Positions 38,881 to 47,764 of a stretch of DNA of 64,000 bases are shown piece by piece; position 1 is the first letter of the stretch, and every line of letters begins with the position of its first letter. Made by a program: the position numbers and the translations under genes. Source of the stretch: an uncultured Chloroflexia bacterium (GTDB lineage Bacteria; Chloroflexota; Dehalococcoidia; DSTF01; JALHUB01). The stretch lies in the NCBI GenBank assembly GCA_963703345.1, contig OY969814.1, positions 704,001 to 768,000 on the forward strand. The letters are read 5' to 3'. Below the pieces are notes generated by a model. The model ran no database searches. It was given only the letters and a program-made list of their open reading frames with translations, and had not been told where the DNA came from.

Positions 38881-39144
38881 ATGCCTACCGAAGAGGAGAA
38901 GCGCGAGCCCCGCATGACCGAGACCGTCCGCGAATACAGCAACGGGGAAGTGACGATTATCTGGAAGCCGGACCTCTGCATCCACGCCACCTGCTGCTTC
39001 GTCGACCTGCCTGAGGTGTTCGACCCGAACAAACGCCCCTGGGTAAACCCTCGCGGCGCGACCACCGAGGCGATCATCGCCCAGGTCGAGCGCTGTCCTT
39101 CCGCCGCCCTCTCCTACCGCTGGAACACGCCCGCCAGCGAGTAG
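38881..39144 (+). CDS. YjdI-like divergent 4Fe-4S mono-cluster protein
   Basis: EYSNGEVTIIWKPDLCIHATCC...VFDPNKRPWV...RCPSAALSY. Confidence 0.88.
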   Translation: MPTEEEKREPRMTETVREYSNGEVTIIWKPDLCIHATCCFVDLPEVFDPNKRPWVNPRGATTEAIIAQVERCPSAALSYRWNTPASE

Positions 39145-39297
39145 CCGCCAGCGTTCCGACGTCTAGCGCCGACCCCTTACTTGTCCCCCGGCTCCCCTTG
39201 CGCAGCTCATCGTCATACCCTTAAATGTGCACATCAGACATAGCGAAGGGAGGACAGGAGGTGCGACATCAGCGAACAGAATGCTGAGCCAGAGGGC

Positions 39298-39810
39298 GTG
39301 AAAGGGCATCCTGCGCTTAGGGGCGTCTGGGACAACATCGACATGGCGAAGTTTTTCATGGCGAAAGCTAGAGCAGCCCGGAGAGGTGAGCATGACATAC
39401 GGTTTAGGTGGTGCCTCAACATCGCGGCGGGCGGGTTGTGGTCGGCGATGGATACCTTCATCCGCAACGTGAAGATTGAAGGGATGGCAACCTCTGCTAA
39501 CAAGTGGTTCAACCAGAAGGAGAAGCTTGTCAATCAGATCCGCCACGGAGCGGTGCACTACGCCTGGGCTCACGGAGTAGGACAGACTTTCTCTCCGCGA
39601 GGGCGAGATGGTGATGACACGAAGGTGTTTAGGGTGTTTTCTCCAGGGGTGGACGATGACGACACGACCTCTTTCTTGTGGATTGGCGAGGGGTCGCGGC
39701 AGAAGCAGATTCCGATCGATGAGGTGCTCTCGCGGCTAGACACTGCGTGCGAACTTCTGAAGGACACGATTCTCGAACAGACGACCGCAGGGTTTATCAG
39801 GTTCGCGTGA
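39298..39810 (+). CDS. Hypothetical protein, candidate HEPN-like domain
   Basis: Atypical codon usage; Rx4H motif in NQIRHGAVH. Confidence 0.5.
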   Translation: MKGHPALRGVWDNIDMAKFFMAKARAARRGEHDIRFRWCLNIAAGGLWSAMDTFIRNVKIEGMATSANKWFNQKEKLVNQIRHGAVHYAWAHGVGQTFSPRGRDGDDTKVFRVFSPGVDDDDTTSFLWIGEGSRQKQIPIDEVLSRLDTACELLKDTILEQTTAGFIRFA

Positions 39811-39865
39811 GAGCCATATCATCATGTCGGCTGAGCGGGCCAGACGTGCGAAGCGCGGAAGTAGC

Positions 39866-41092
39866 CTACCCCTGCCGGCGCCTCCTCGCATACCACCCGC
39901 CGACGCCAAGCGCCGCGAACGCCGCACTCAGGCCAAAAGCGAGGGCCGCATACGGGCTAGCCGTCCGGCCGGACTCCTCGGCCGATCCACGGGACTCAGC
40001 AGCGATGGCGGCGGGCGGCAGCATGACCTTACCGCCAACCACCGGTGGCTGTGTGGGTGTGGGTGTGGGAGTAACGTCGTTTGGGTCCGCTATCACTGAC
40101 ACCGTGTCATCACGCGTGTTCGTCATATATATGCGGTTGGTGTTGGGATTCATGGCCACACCCGAAGGGTAATTCCCCACCGCTACGGTGGCCCGGACCG
40201 TGTTGCTGGCCCCGTCCATGACGAAGACGCTGTTGGTGCCCACGTTCGTCACGTAGATCCGGTTCGTGTCAGGGTTTATGGCTACGCCCCGGGGGTTACC
40301 CCCGACCGCCACGCTGGCGACGACCGTGTTGGTGGCGCCGTCGATCACCGAGACGCTGCCGCTTACGAGATTGGCCACGTAGATGCGGTCGGTATTGGGG
40401 TTCACGGCCGCGTCGTAGGGGTCACTCCCGACCCCTACGGTAGCGACGACCGCGTTGGTGGCGCCGTCAATGACGGAGGCGTTGCCGCTAGAATTGTTGG
40501 AGACGTAGATGCGGTTGGTGGTGGGGCTGACGCCGACGCCATTGGCCCCGTACCCGACTGCTACCGTGGCCACCACGCTATCAGTAGCGCCGTCGATGAC
40601 AGAGACGCTGCCGCCGGAGTAGTTGGCGACGTAGATGAGGTTCGTGTTGGGGTTGACGGCTATGCCCATCGGCCACTCCCCAACCGCTACGGTGGCGACG
40701 ACTGTGTTGCTGGCGGCGTCGATGACCGAAACGCTGCCGCTGCTGTCATAGTTCGTCACGTAGATGCGGTCGGTATTGGGGTTCACGGCCACGCCCCAGG
40801 GGTTACTCCCGACCGCTACGGTGGCGACGACCGTGTTGGTGGCCCCGTTGATGACGGAGACGCTATTGCCGTACCGGTTCGTCACGTAGATGCGGTTGGT
40901 GATGCGGTTGACGGCCACGCTCCAGGGCCCACTTGCCACAGATACAGTAGCAATGACGGCAGGGTTACCGTCGGCAGCGCCCGAGACGGTTGCTGGCCCT
41001 CGCAGGGCAACAACACTGGCCACTAACGGGAGGGCCAACGTTCCCGCCAGCACGATAAGGAACAGCCGCAAAGCGTTCCGAGCGCGCATCAT
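39866..41092 (-). CDS. YVTN/YncE beta-propeller surface protein with C-terminal anchor
   Basis: Seven ~42-aa repeats (NPNTNRIYVTN..SVSVIDGATNTVVATVAVG); signal peptide; VGG...TM...WYARRRR tail. Confidence 0.9.
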   Translation of the reverse strand: MMRARNALRLFLIVLAGTLALPLVASVVALRGPATVSGAADGNPAVIATVSVASGPWSVAVNRITNRIYVTNRYGNSVSVINGATNTVVATVAVGSNPWGVAVNPNTDRIYVTNYDSSGSVSVIDAASNTVVATVAVGEWPMGIAVNPNTNLIYVANYSGGSVSVIDGATDSVVATVAVGYGANGVGVSPTTNRIYVSNNSSGNASVIDGATNAVVATVGVGSDPYDAAVNPNTDRIYVANLVSGSVSVIDGATNTVVASVAVGGNPRGVAINPDTNRIYVTNVGTNSVFVMDGASNTVRATVAVGNYPSGVAMNPNTNRIYMTNTRDDTVSVIADPNDVTPTPTPTQPPVVGGKVMLPPAAIAAESRGSAEESGRTASPYAALAFGLSAAFAALGVGGWYARRRRQG

Positions 41093-41296
41093 GCACCTCC
41101 GGGGGGCATCAGTGCCATCGAAAAGGCGGGGATAGCGCAACAATAGGCCGTCCCCGAAGGTTTGTCAAGAAGCAATTGGGCTACCATTCGTCCTACGGCC
41201 GAAAGTGTTACATCTCCTTAGCGTTCGACTCTCTCGCTGAGAGGACGGCGGCGCGAGTGTTGGGTCCGCGTCGCGCGGCTTGGGGGACTTGCTATG

Positions 41297-41400
41297 AATT
41301 ATGCGCTATTGGTCCAACGCGTGAAGAGTCGATAAGTATGGGGTTTTCGGTGAGGGTCTGCAAGTTTGGAGGACAGCGGGGAGAGCGGGCTGTTTGGGAA
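41297..41400 (+). repeat. Direct repeat 'L', copy 1 (~104 bp, ends in TTGGGAA)
   Basis: aattatgcgctatt...aacgcgtgaagagtcgataa...ggacagcggggagagcgggctgtttgggaa; matches 42417-42519. Confidence 0.92.
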
Positions 41401-41448
41401 TAACGGGGCGCATTATACTTAGGTGGCGGTTGAGAAAGAGGTGGGAAA

Positions 41449-42234
41449 ATGGCTCGGTCAAAGCGTGTGGCGCTAATCTTCGTCGTGTTGGTCGGCTCGG
41501 TCATGCTCGTGTCTGCTTGCACAGAGAATGCAGAGGCGCCGCCGAAGACCCCGACAGCCGTCGCCGCCGCTACCCTGGCGCCTGACGTGACGGTGCAACC
41601 GGGATCGGCCACCATCATCAGTCCGAAAGAGGGCGAGAGAGTGCGCGTGCCGATAACCGTCTCGGGGACCGCCAGTGTTTCTGAAGGGGCTATCGTCGTC
41701 ATCGAAATCCAAAGCACTGATGGCAATCGCACCTACTGCCGCGCATTCACAACGGCCAGCCGAGGCGCCCCCGATACCGGCACTTTTGAAGCAATGCTTG
41801 CGTTTCCTCCTCCGCCTTTTACCCCACCTCTCAGCTTGGGCGCTACAGTGCATATCTTGACCGTCAGCCCCGAAGATGGCAGCAAACAGGAGTTGGCCAG
41901 CGTGCCGTTCGTCATTACCGCCGAAGAGCCGGACGTACTCATCAACTCACCATTGTGCGGTGCTTCGGTGAAGAGCCCCGTCACCATTACCGGCACCGCC
42001 AGCGCCTTCGAAGGGGCGCTGACAGTCTCGGTCAAGGATTGGACCGGCAACGAGATGGCAAGCGCTGACGTCAAAGCCTCGGAGGGCGCACAGGGAAGAG
42101 GTGATTTTTCCCAGGAGCTGAGCTTCTCGCTGTCCGGCGGAATTCAGCCGGGCAGGATCGAGGCGTACAGTCACAGTGCGGAGGACGGCAGCGTCATCAA
42201 CCTCTTCTCCGTGCCGGTCATACTGACGCCGTAG
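41449..42234 (+). CDS. Lipoprotein with two Gmad2-like Ig domains
   Basis: Lipobox VSAC; two (V/I)SP..G..V..P(I/V)T(V/I)(S/T)GTA...EG domains. Confidence 0.75.
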   Translation: MARSKRVALIFVVLVGSVMLVSACTENAEAPPKTPTAVAAATLAPDVTVQPGSATIISPKEGERVRVPITVSGTASVSEGAIVVIEIQSTDGNRTYCRAFTTASRGAPDTGTFEAMLAFPPPPFTPPLSLGATVHILTVSPEDGSKQELASVPFVITAEEPDVLINSPLCGASVKSPVTITGTASAFEGALTVSVKDWTGNEMASADVKASEGAQGRGDFSQELSFSLSGGIQPGRIEAYSHSAEDGSVINLFSVPVILTP

Positions 42235-42240
42235 GCGCAG

Positions 42241-42408
42241 CTACTGCGATCTCTTTAGCCGCACCACGACCGGCGTGACCGTCACGGGGGTCTCCGGGTC
42301 CAGCAGTCACGCGGCGTTGCCGAGCGGCATTGCCACCTCCAGGTAACCGCTACTGTCGATGAGCGCAACCAGATCGTCGCCGTCGCCCTAGGTTGTCGCC
42401 AGTGGAAC
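42241..42408 (-). pseudogene. Fragment of a SAM hydrolase/halogenase (SAM hydroxide adenosyltransferase) C-terminus
   Basis: Minus-strand translation VPLATT*GDGDDLVALIDSSGYLEVAMPLGNAA*LL, with two in-frame stops. Confidence 0.6.
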
Positions 42409-42416
42409 CGGCTGTC

Positions 42417-42519
42417 AATTATGCGCTATTCGGCTAACGCGTGAAGAGTCGATAACTGTGCGTTTTCGTTGGGGGGCTGCAAGTCTAGCGGACAGCGGGG
42501 AGAGCGGGCTGTTTGGGAA
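42417..42519 (+). repeat. Direct repeat 'L', copy 2
   Basis: Homologous to 41297-41400; runs into element R through the shared TTGGGAA core. Confidence 0.92.
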
Positions 42520-42803
42520 GCAGCTGCTCCACCAGTCAAGCTGCGGCTAACCCTTCGAGTGCCGCGAACCCCTTACAACTCCTCCCCCGCTCTGCTATCC
42601 TGACCTCACACCCTTCGGAAGGCCACCCGACGCTATGCACATGACACCCTCGCTCCCGCCCGCTTGCCCGTCCGGGCTCGCCCATCGACGCGCCCCGCCG
42701 CCCCGGCGACTGCGCATTTTTGCGCAACTCCTCAGATTCAAACCGACACCATCCAGATTCAAGCAACAACGCAAAAAATAATTGAATTCAATGGGTCAAT
42801 TAA
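42513..42803 (+). repeat. Dispersed element 'R', copy A (antisense degenerate tRNA-Gly half, sigma70-like promoter, AT-rich palindromic end)
   Basis: ccttacaactcctcccccgctctgctatcctgac...aattgaattcaatgggtcaatta; homologous to the reverse complements of 52956-53199 and 58852-59175. Confidence 0.9.
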
Positions 42804-42929
42804 GGCCGGATTCCCCCTATCATGCCGCAGGCCTGCCCGTAGGGCTTCAGCCCGCGGTGCAGATGAGCCTTCCCTCCCCGATGCCCGCCGCCCTATACTG
42901 GTGCCACCCCATCGACAGGAGGACCATCC

Positions 42930-43811
42930 ATGCTGACAAGGCTGTCTTCGGCCACAAAGGAAGTCGTCATCGGCCAGGGACCCACCGTCCTCATCGGCGA
43001 GCGCATCAACCCAACCGGTAAGAAGAAGCTCGCCGCCGCCCTCATGGAAGGCGACATGGACCTCGTCCGCCTCTCCGCCATCGCCCAGGTCGAAGCCGGC
43101 GCCGACGTCCTCGACGTCAACATCGGCCTCGCCGGCCTCGACCAGGTGAAGGTCCTGCCCATCGCCCTCAAGACCGTCATGGACGCCGTCAACGTGCCCA
43201 TCAGCATCGATAGCAACAACCCGGAGGCCCTCACAGCCGCCCTCAAAGTCTACCGCGGCAAGCCCATCATCAACTCCATCACCGGCGAAGAGAAAGCCAT
43301 GGCCGCCCTCCTGCCGCTCGTCAAAGAGTACGGAACCGCCTTCATCGGCCTCTGCATGGACGACGAAGGCATCCCGACCAGCGCCGACCGACGCGTCGCC
43401 ATCGCCCACAAGATCGTCGACCGCGCCGTCTCGATGGGCATTCCGCAGGAAGACGTAATCGTCGACTGCCTGGTGATGACCGTCGCCACCGACCACACGG
43501 CCGCGGCGATGACTCTGGAGGCCGTCCGGCGCGTGCGCACCGAGATCGGCCAGAACGTGACCGCCGGCGTCAGCAACGTCTCCTTCGGCCTGCCCGACCG
43601 CGACCTGATCAACTCGACCTCCCTGGCCCTGCTCATCGGCGCCGGCGTCAACTGCCCGATCATCGACGTGGCGAAAGCGCGTCCCCTCGTCCTTGCCGCC
43701 GACATGCTGCTCGGCCGCGACGAGTACTCCGCCCGCTACATCAAAGCCTTCCGCGAACGCCAGAAAGCCCTCGAAGCGCAGCAAGCCGCTGAGCAAGCTT
43801 CGCCCCCCTAG
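42930..43811 (+). CDS. Pterin-binding methyltetrahydrofolate:corrinoid methyltransferase (AcsE/MetH pterin-domain type)
   Basis: LIGERINPTGKK, DVLDVNIG, ISIDS, IINS, GVSNVSFGLP. Confidence 0.9.
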   Translation: MLTRLSSATKEVVIGQGPTVLIGERINPTGKKKLAAALMEGDMDLVRLSAIAQVEAGADVLDVNIGLAGLDQVKVLPIALKTVMDAVNVPISIDSNNPEALTAALKVYRGKPIINSITGEEKAMAALLPLVKEYGTAFIGLCMDDEGIPTSADRRVAIAHKIVDRAVSMGIPQEDVIVDCLVMTVATDHTAAAMTLEAVRRVRTEIGQNVTAGVSNVSFGLPDRDLINSTSLALLIGAGVNCPIIDVAKARPLVLAADMLLGRDEYSARYIKAFRERQKALEAQQAAEQASPP

Positions 43812-44037
43812 ACTGACCCACTCGGGAATAACTTCGGGGGATGTGGAGAGGCGGAATCGCCATTCTGTCGCAAGAGGCCGCAGCTCGCTGCTGCCGACGT
43901 TCTCAACCACTAGCTGAGGGATTCATCCCTCAGAACTGTTACCCGTCTCCAGCAATCCGCCGAACAGCCATCGACGGCGTAGACCGCCTCTTCTGGAATA
44001 GTGGGGGAGTGCTGCGGACCTACGTCCGCGGGAGAAA

Positions 44038-46653
44038 CTAGCCTTTGCGGCCCTTCGACTGCGGCCCCTTCGACGGCGGGGCCTTCGCGTTCTTCGTGCC
44101 CTTCGCGCTCTTCCCGTCGCCGCTCTTGTCCGGTTCCGCCGCCTTCTTCTTCCCCTCGGCCGGCGCGCCCTTGTTAGGCGCCTGCCCGACCTCGAAGACC
44201 GATATCGACGCAACCAGGTCGCCCGGCCCGACGCCCATCAGGTGCACGCCCTGCGTCCCGCGTCCCACCGACGAAATGCTGTCGATCCGCGTCCGCAGGA
44301 TGATGCCGGAAGCGGAGATGATCATCAGCTCCTGCATCTCGTTGACAGAGCGCGCCGCCACGACCGGCCCCGTCTTGTCCGTTATCTGATGCGTCACGAC
44401 GCCGGCGCCGCCGCGATGATGGCGCGGGTAGCCGTCGAAAGGCGTCCGCTTGCCGAAGCCGTTCGCCGTCACCGTCAGCAACTGCATCTTCGGCGTCACG
44501 ACCTCCATCCCGACCACGCTCTCGTCCTTGGCGAGTTGCATGCCCCGCACGCCGCCGCTCGCCCGCGACGCCGCCCGCAGCTCCTTGACCGAGAAGCGCA
44601 CCGCCTTCCCGCGATTGCTGACGAGGACGACGTCGTCGTCTTCCGCCACCTGCTTCGCCGTGACCAGCTCGTCGCCCGGCTCCAGGTCCATGCAGATGAG
44701 TCCGGCCCGTCGCACCGACTCGAACTCGGAGAGTGACGTCTTCTTCACCTCGCCGCGTCTGGTGGCCTGCACCAGGTAGTCCTTCTCAAAGCTGCGTACG
44801 CCGACCTGCGCGGTAACGGTGTCGCCCTGGGGCATCTCGATCAGGTTGACCAGCGCGTCACCCTTCGCCTGCCGCTTGGCGTCCGGCAAGTCATACGCCC
44901 GCAACTGGAAGACGCAGCCGCGACCGGTGAAGAAGAGCAGGCTGTCATGCGTGTCCGCCACGAGTAGCCGCAGCACGGCATCGGCCTCCCGCGTCGTCAT
45001 GCCCGTGATGCCACGGCCGCCTCGCCGCTGCAACCGGTACGTGTCGAGCGGGATGCGCTTGATGTAGCCGCGATTGCTCAGCGTGACGACGATCTCCTGG
45101 TGCGGCACCAGGTCCTCCGCCGTCAGCTCCACGAGCTCCTGGTCGATGATGCGTGTCCGGCGCGGGTCGCCGAAGCGCTTCTTGATGTCCTGCGCGTCCT
45201 CTTTGATGAGGTAGTCGATCTTCCGCGGGTTGCCCAGCAGGTCCTCCAGGTAGGCGATCTGCTGGATGATGGCGTTGTACTCCTCCTCGATCTTCTGACG
45301 CTCCAGCCGCGCCAGCCGGCGCAACTGCATGTCTAGCACCGCCTGCGCCTGGCGGTCGCTCAGCTTGAACGGCGCCTTCATCAGCCGTTCCTTAGCGTCC
45401 TCCGCCGACTGCGCCTTGCGAATCGTCTGGATTATCTCGTCCAGGTTCTGAAGCGCCTTCATCAGCCCCTGGAGTATGTGCTCGCGTTCCCTCGCCCGCT
45501 CCAGCTCAAACTGTGAGCGACGCCGAATAACCTCGCGCCGGAAGCCGATATAGTGCTCCAGCACGCGCTTCAGGCTCAACGTCCGCGGCTGGCTGTCGAC
45601 CAGCGCCAGCATGTTTATCGGGAATGACGATTGCATGCCGGTGAAGCGATAGAGCTGGTTCAGCACCTCCTGCGCCTGGCCCGCCCGGCTTAGCTCGACG
45701 ACGATGCGCATTCCGTGCCGGTCCGATTCGTCCCGCAGATCGCTGATGCCGTCGATGCGCTTGCTCCGCGCCAGATCAGCGATACGCTCGACCAGGGACG
45801 CCTTGTTCGTCATGTAGGGCAGCTCCGTGACGATGATCTGCTGCCGGCCGCCGCGCGTCGTCTCCTCGATGTGGGTGCAGGCGCGCATCATGACGCGTCC
45901 GCGGCCGTCGCGGTACGCCTCTCTTATAGCGTCCTCTCGCGCCTCCGCGCCGTCCTTGCGCACTTGCTCGTATCTGAAGATGAAGCCGCCGGTGGGGAAA
46001 TCGGGTCCCTTGACCACGTCCGCCAACTCATCCATCGTCGCGTCCGGCTTCTCGATGAGGCGGCAGACGGCGTCGCAGACCTCGCCCAGGTTGTGCGGCG
46101 GCACGTTCGTCGCCATGCCGACGGCGATGCCGTAGGCGCCGTTGACGAGGAGGTTTGGTAGCCGCGAAGGTAGGACTGTTGGCTCATTGTTCTCAGCATT
46201 GTAGGTGGGCGCGAAATCCACGGTCTCCTTGTCGATGTCGGCGAGCATCTCCTCGGCAGTCGCGGTGAGGCGGGCTTCGGTGTACCGGTAGGCCGCTGGC
46301 GGGTCTCCATCTATGCTGCCAAAGTTCCCCTGACCGTCGACGAGCGGGTAACGAAGCGAAAAGTCCTGCGCCATGCGTACCATCGCCTCGTACACGGGCT
46401 CATCGCCGTGCGGGTGGTACTTCCCCAACACCTCGCCGACAGTCGTAGCGGATTTCCTGTAGGGGGTCCTAGAACTCAGGTGAAGCTCAGACATTGCATA
46501 GAGAATGCGACGCTGTACCGGTTTCAGCCCGTCGCGCACGTCCGGCAGCGCGCGTGACACGATAACGCTCATCGCGTAGTCCAGGTAGGACGCGCGCATC
46601 TCGTCCTCAATCTTGATGGGACGCACGTTGCCAATGCCGGTGTCGGTTGTCAT
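44038..46653 (-). CDS. gyrA: DNA gyrase subunit A
   Basis: [40 protein letters not shown], GyrA-box QRRGGRG. Confidence 0.97.
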   Translation of the reverse strand: MTTDTGIGNVRPIKIEDEMRASYLDYAMSVIVSRALPDVRDGLKPVQRRILYAMSELHLSSRTPYRKSATTVGEVLGKYHPHGDEPVYEAMVRMAQDFSLRYPLVDGQGNFGSIDGDPPAAYRYTEARLTATAEEMLADIDKETVDFAPTYNAENNEPTVLPSRLPNLLVNGAYGIAVGMATNVPPHNLGEVCDAVCRLIEKPDATMDELADVVKGPDFPTGGFIFRYEQVRKDGAEAREDAIREAYRDGRGRVMMRACTHIEETTRGGRQQIIVTELPYMTNKASLVERIADLARSKRIDGISDLRDESDRHGMRIVVELSRAGQAQEVLNQLYRFTGMQSSFPINMLALVDSQPRTLSLKRVLEHYIGFRREVIRRRSQFELERAREREHILQGLMKALQNLDEIIQTIRKAQSAEDAKERLMKAPFKLSDRQAQAVLDMQLRRLARLERQKIEEEYNAIIQQIAYLEDLLGNPRKIDYLIKEDAQDIKKRFGDPRRTRIIDQELVELTAEDLVPHQEIVVTLSNRGYIKRIPLDTYRLQRRGGRGITGMTTREADAVLRLLVADTHDSLLFFTGRGCVFQLRAYDLPDAKRQAKGDALVNLIEMPQGDTVTAQVGVRSFEKDYLVQATRRGEVKKTSLSEFESVRRAGLICMDLEPGDELVTAKQVAEDDDVVLVSNRGKAVRFSVKELRAASRASGGVRGMQLAKDESVVGMEVVTPKMQLLTVTANGFGKRTPFDGYPRHHRGGAGVVTHQITDKTGPVVAARSVNEMQELMIISASGIILRTRIDSISSVGRGTQGVHLMGVGPGDLVASISVFEVGQAPNKGAPAEGKKKAAEPDKSGDGKSAKGTKNAKAPPSKGPQSKGRKG

Positions 46654-46781
46654 GTTCCGGCCCTAATGTGGGATTTTCGGCAGCGCCATTGTATCACAAT
46701 CGAATCTAATGGTCTCTCGCCTGTGCATCCTGTGGAGCGACATCCATCGCCCTGCTATACTCCGGCAAGGGAGGCAGTCAC

Positions 46782-47663
46782 GTGACGGCCAAGACTATCG
46801 ATGGGCGGGCAATCTCGCAGGAGATACGCGCGGAGCTGCGCGAGCGCGTGGACGCTCTTAAACGACGTGGCATCACGCCCGGGCTGGCCTTCGTGCTCGT
46901 CGGCGATAACCCTGCTTCGCTCTCCTACGTCGCCTCGAAGAACCAGGGCGCCGCCGAAGTCGGCATCAACTCCCAGACCTTCCAGATTCCCGGCGACGCG
47001 CCCCGGGAGCAGGTCATGGACCTCGTGCGACGCCTCAACGCCGACCCCACCTGGAATGGCATCCTTGTACAGCTCCCGCTGCCGTCATCACTCAGCGAGG
47101 ACGCCGTGATCAACGCCATCGCCGTCGAAAAAGACGTTGACGGCATCCATCCCGCGAACGTCGGCCGGCTCCTGCGCGGCGAGCCCACGTTCAAGCCTGC
47201 GACCCCCGCCGGGGTGCAGCAGCTCCTCATCCGCTCCGGCTACAACCCCGAAGGAAAGCACGTCGTCATTTGCGGCCGCTCCAACATCGTCGGCAAGCCA
47301 CTGGCCGCCATCCTGATGCAGAAGGCGCCAGGGGCCAACGCCACCGTCACCGTTTGCCACACGCGCACGGCGGACCTGGCGAAAATGACGCTTCAGGCGG
47401 ACATCCTTGTCGCCGCGATGGGAGCGGCCCGGGCCATTACGGCCGAGATGGTGAGGGAAGGGACGGTGGTGATCGACGTGGGCAATAACCGGATCGAAGA
47501 CCCGTCGCGAAAAAGCGGCTACCGGCTGGTCGGCGACGTCGACTACGACGCGGTGGCTGAGAAGGCGGCGGCGATAACGCCCGTCCCCGGGGGCGTCGGC
47601 CCTATGACCGTGACCATGCTGCTCTACAACACCGTGATGGCGGCAGAGGGAGGCATCGAGTAG
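46782..47663 (+). CDS. folD: Bifunctional methylene-THF dehydrogenase/cyclohydrolase
   Basis: GILVQLPLP, KDVDG, PATPAG, GRSNIVGKP, TPVPGGVGPMT. Confidence 0.97.
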   Translation: MTAKTIDGRAISQEIRAELRERVDALKRRGITPGLAFVLVGDNPASLSYVASKNQGAAEVGINSQTFQIPGDAPREQVMDLVRRLNADPTWNGILVQLPLPSSLSEDAVINAIAVEKDVDGIHPANVGRLLRGEPTFKPATPAGVQQLLIRSGYNPEGKHVVICGRSNIVGKPLAAILMQKAPGANATVTVCHTRTADLAKMTLQADILVAAMGAARAITAEMVREGTVVIDVGNNRIEDPSRKSGYRLVGDVDYDAVAEKAAAITPVPGGVGPMTVTMLLYNTVMAAEGGIE

Positions 47664-47690
47664 AACATAGACAGCGCGCCAGGTGCTCAC

Positions 47691-47725
47691 AAGAAGGGCG
47701 TCGTCCTTCGGGGCGACGCCCTTCT
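47691..47725. terminator. Hairpin between convergent genes (likely bidirectional terminator)
   Basis: agaagggcgtcgtcc-TTCG-gggcgacgcccttct. Confidence 0.75.
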
Positions 47726-47764
47726 CATCTCAACCGCGCAACAGAGGTGTCGTGTCTCTGTCGA

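Noticed and set aside
40090-40960. ~126-nt repeats as a non-coding repeat array
   Set aside because: They encode YVTN beta-propeller blades.
42635-42781. Conserved small peptide encoded by element R
   Set aside because: The frames from the shared ATGCAC differ between the three copies and the peptides do not align.
46270-46300. Intein at the GyrA catalytic tyrosine
   Set aside because: The sequence reads straight through AAYRYTEAR and the protein length is normal.
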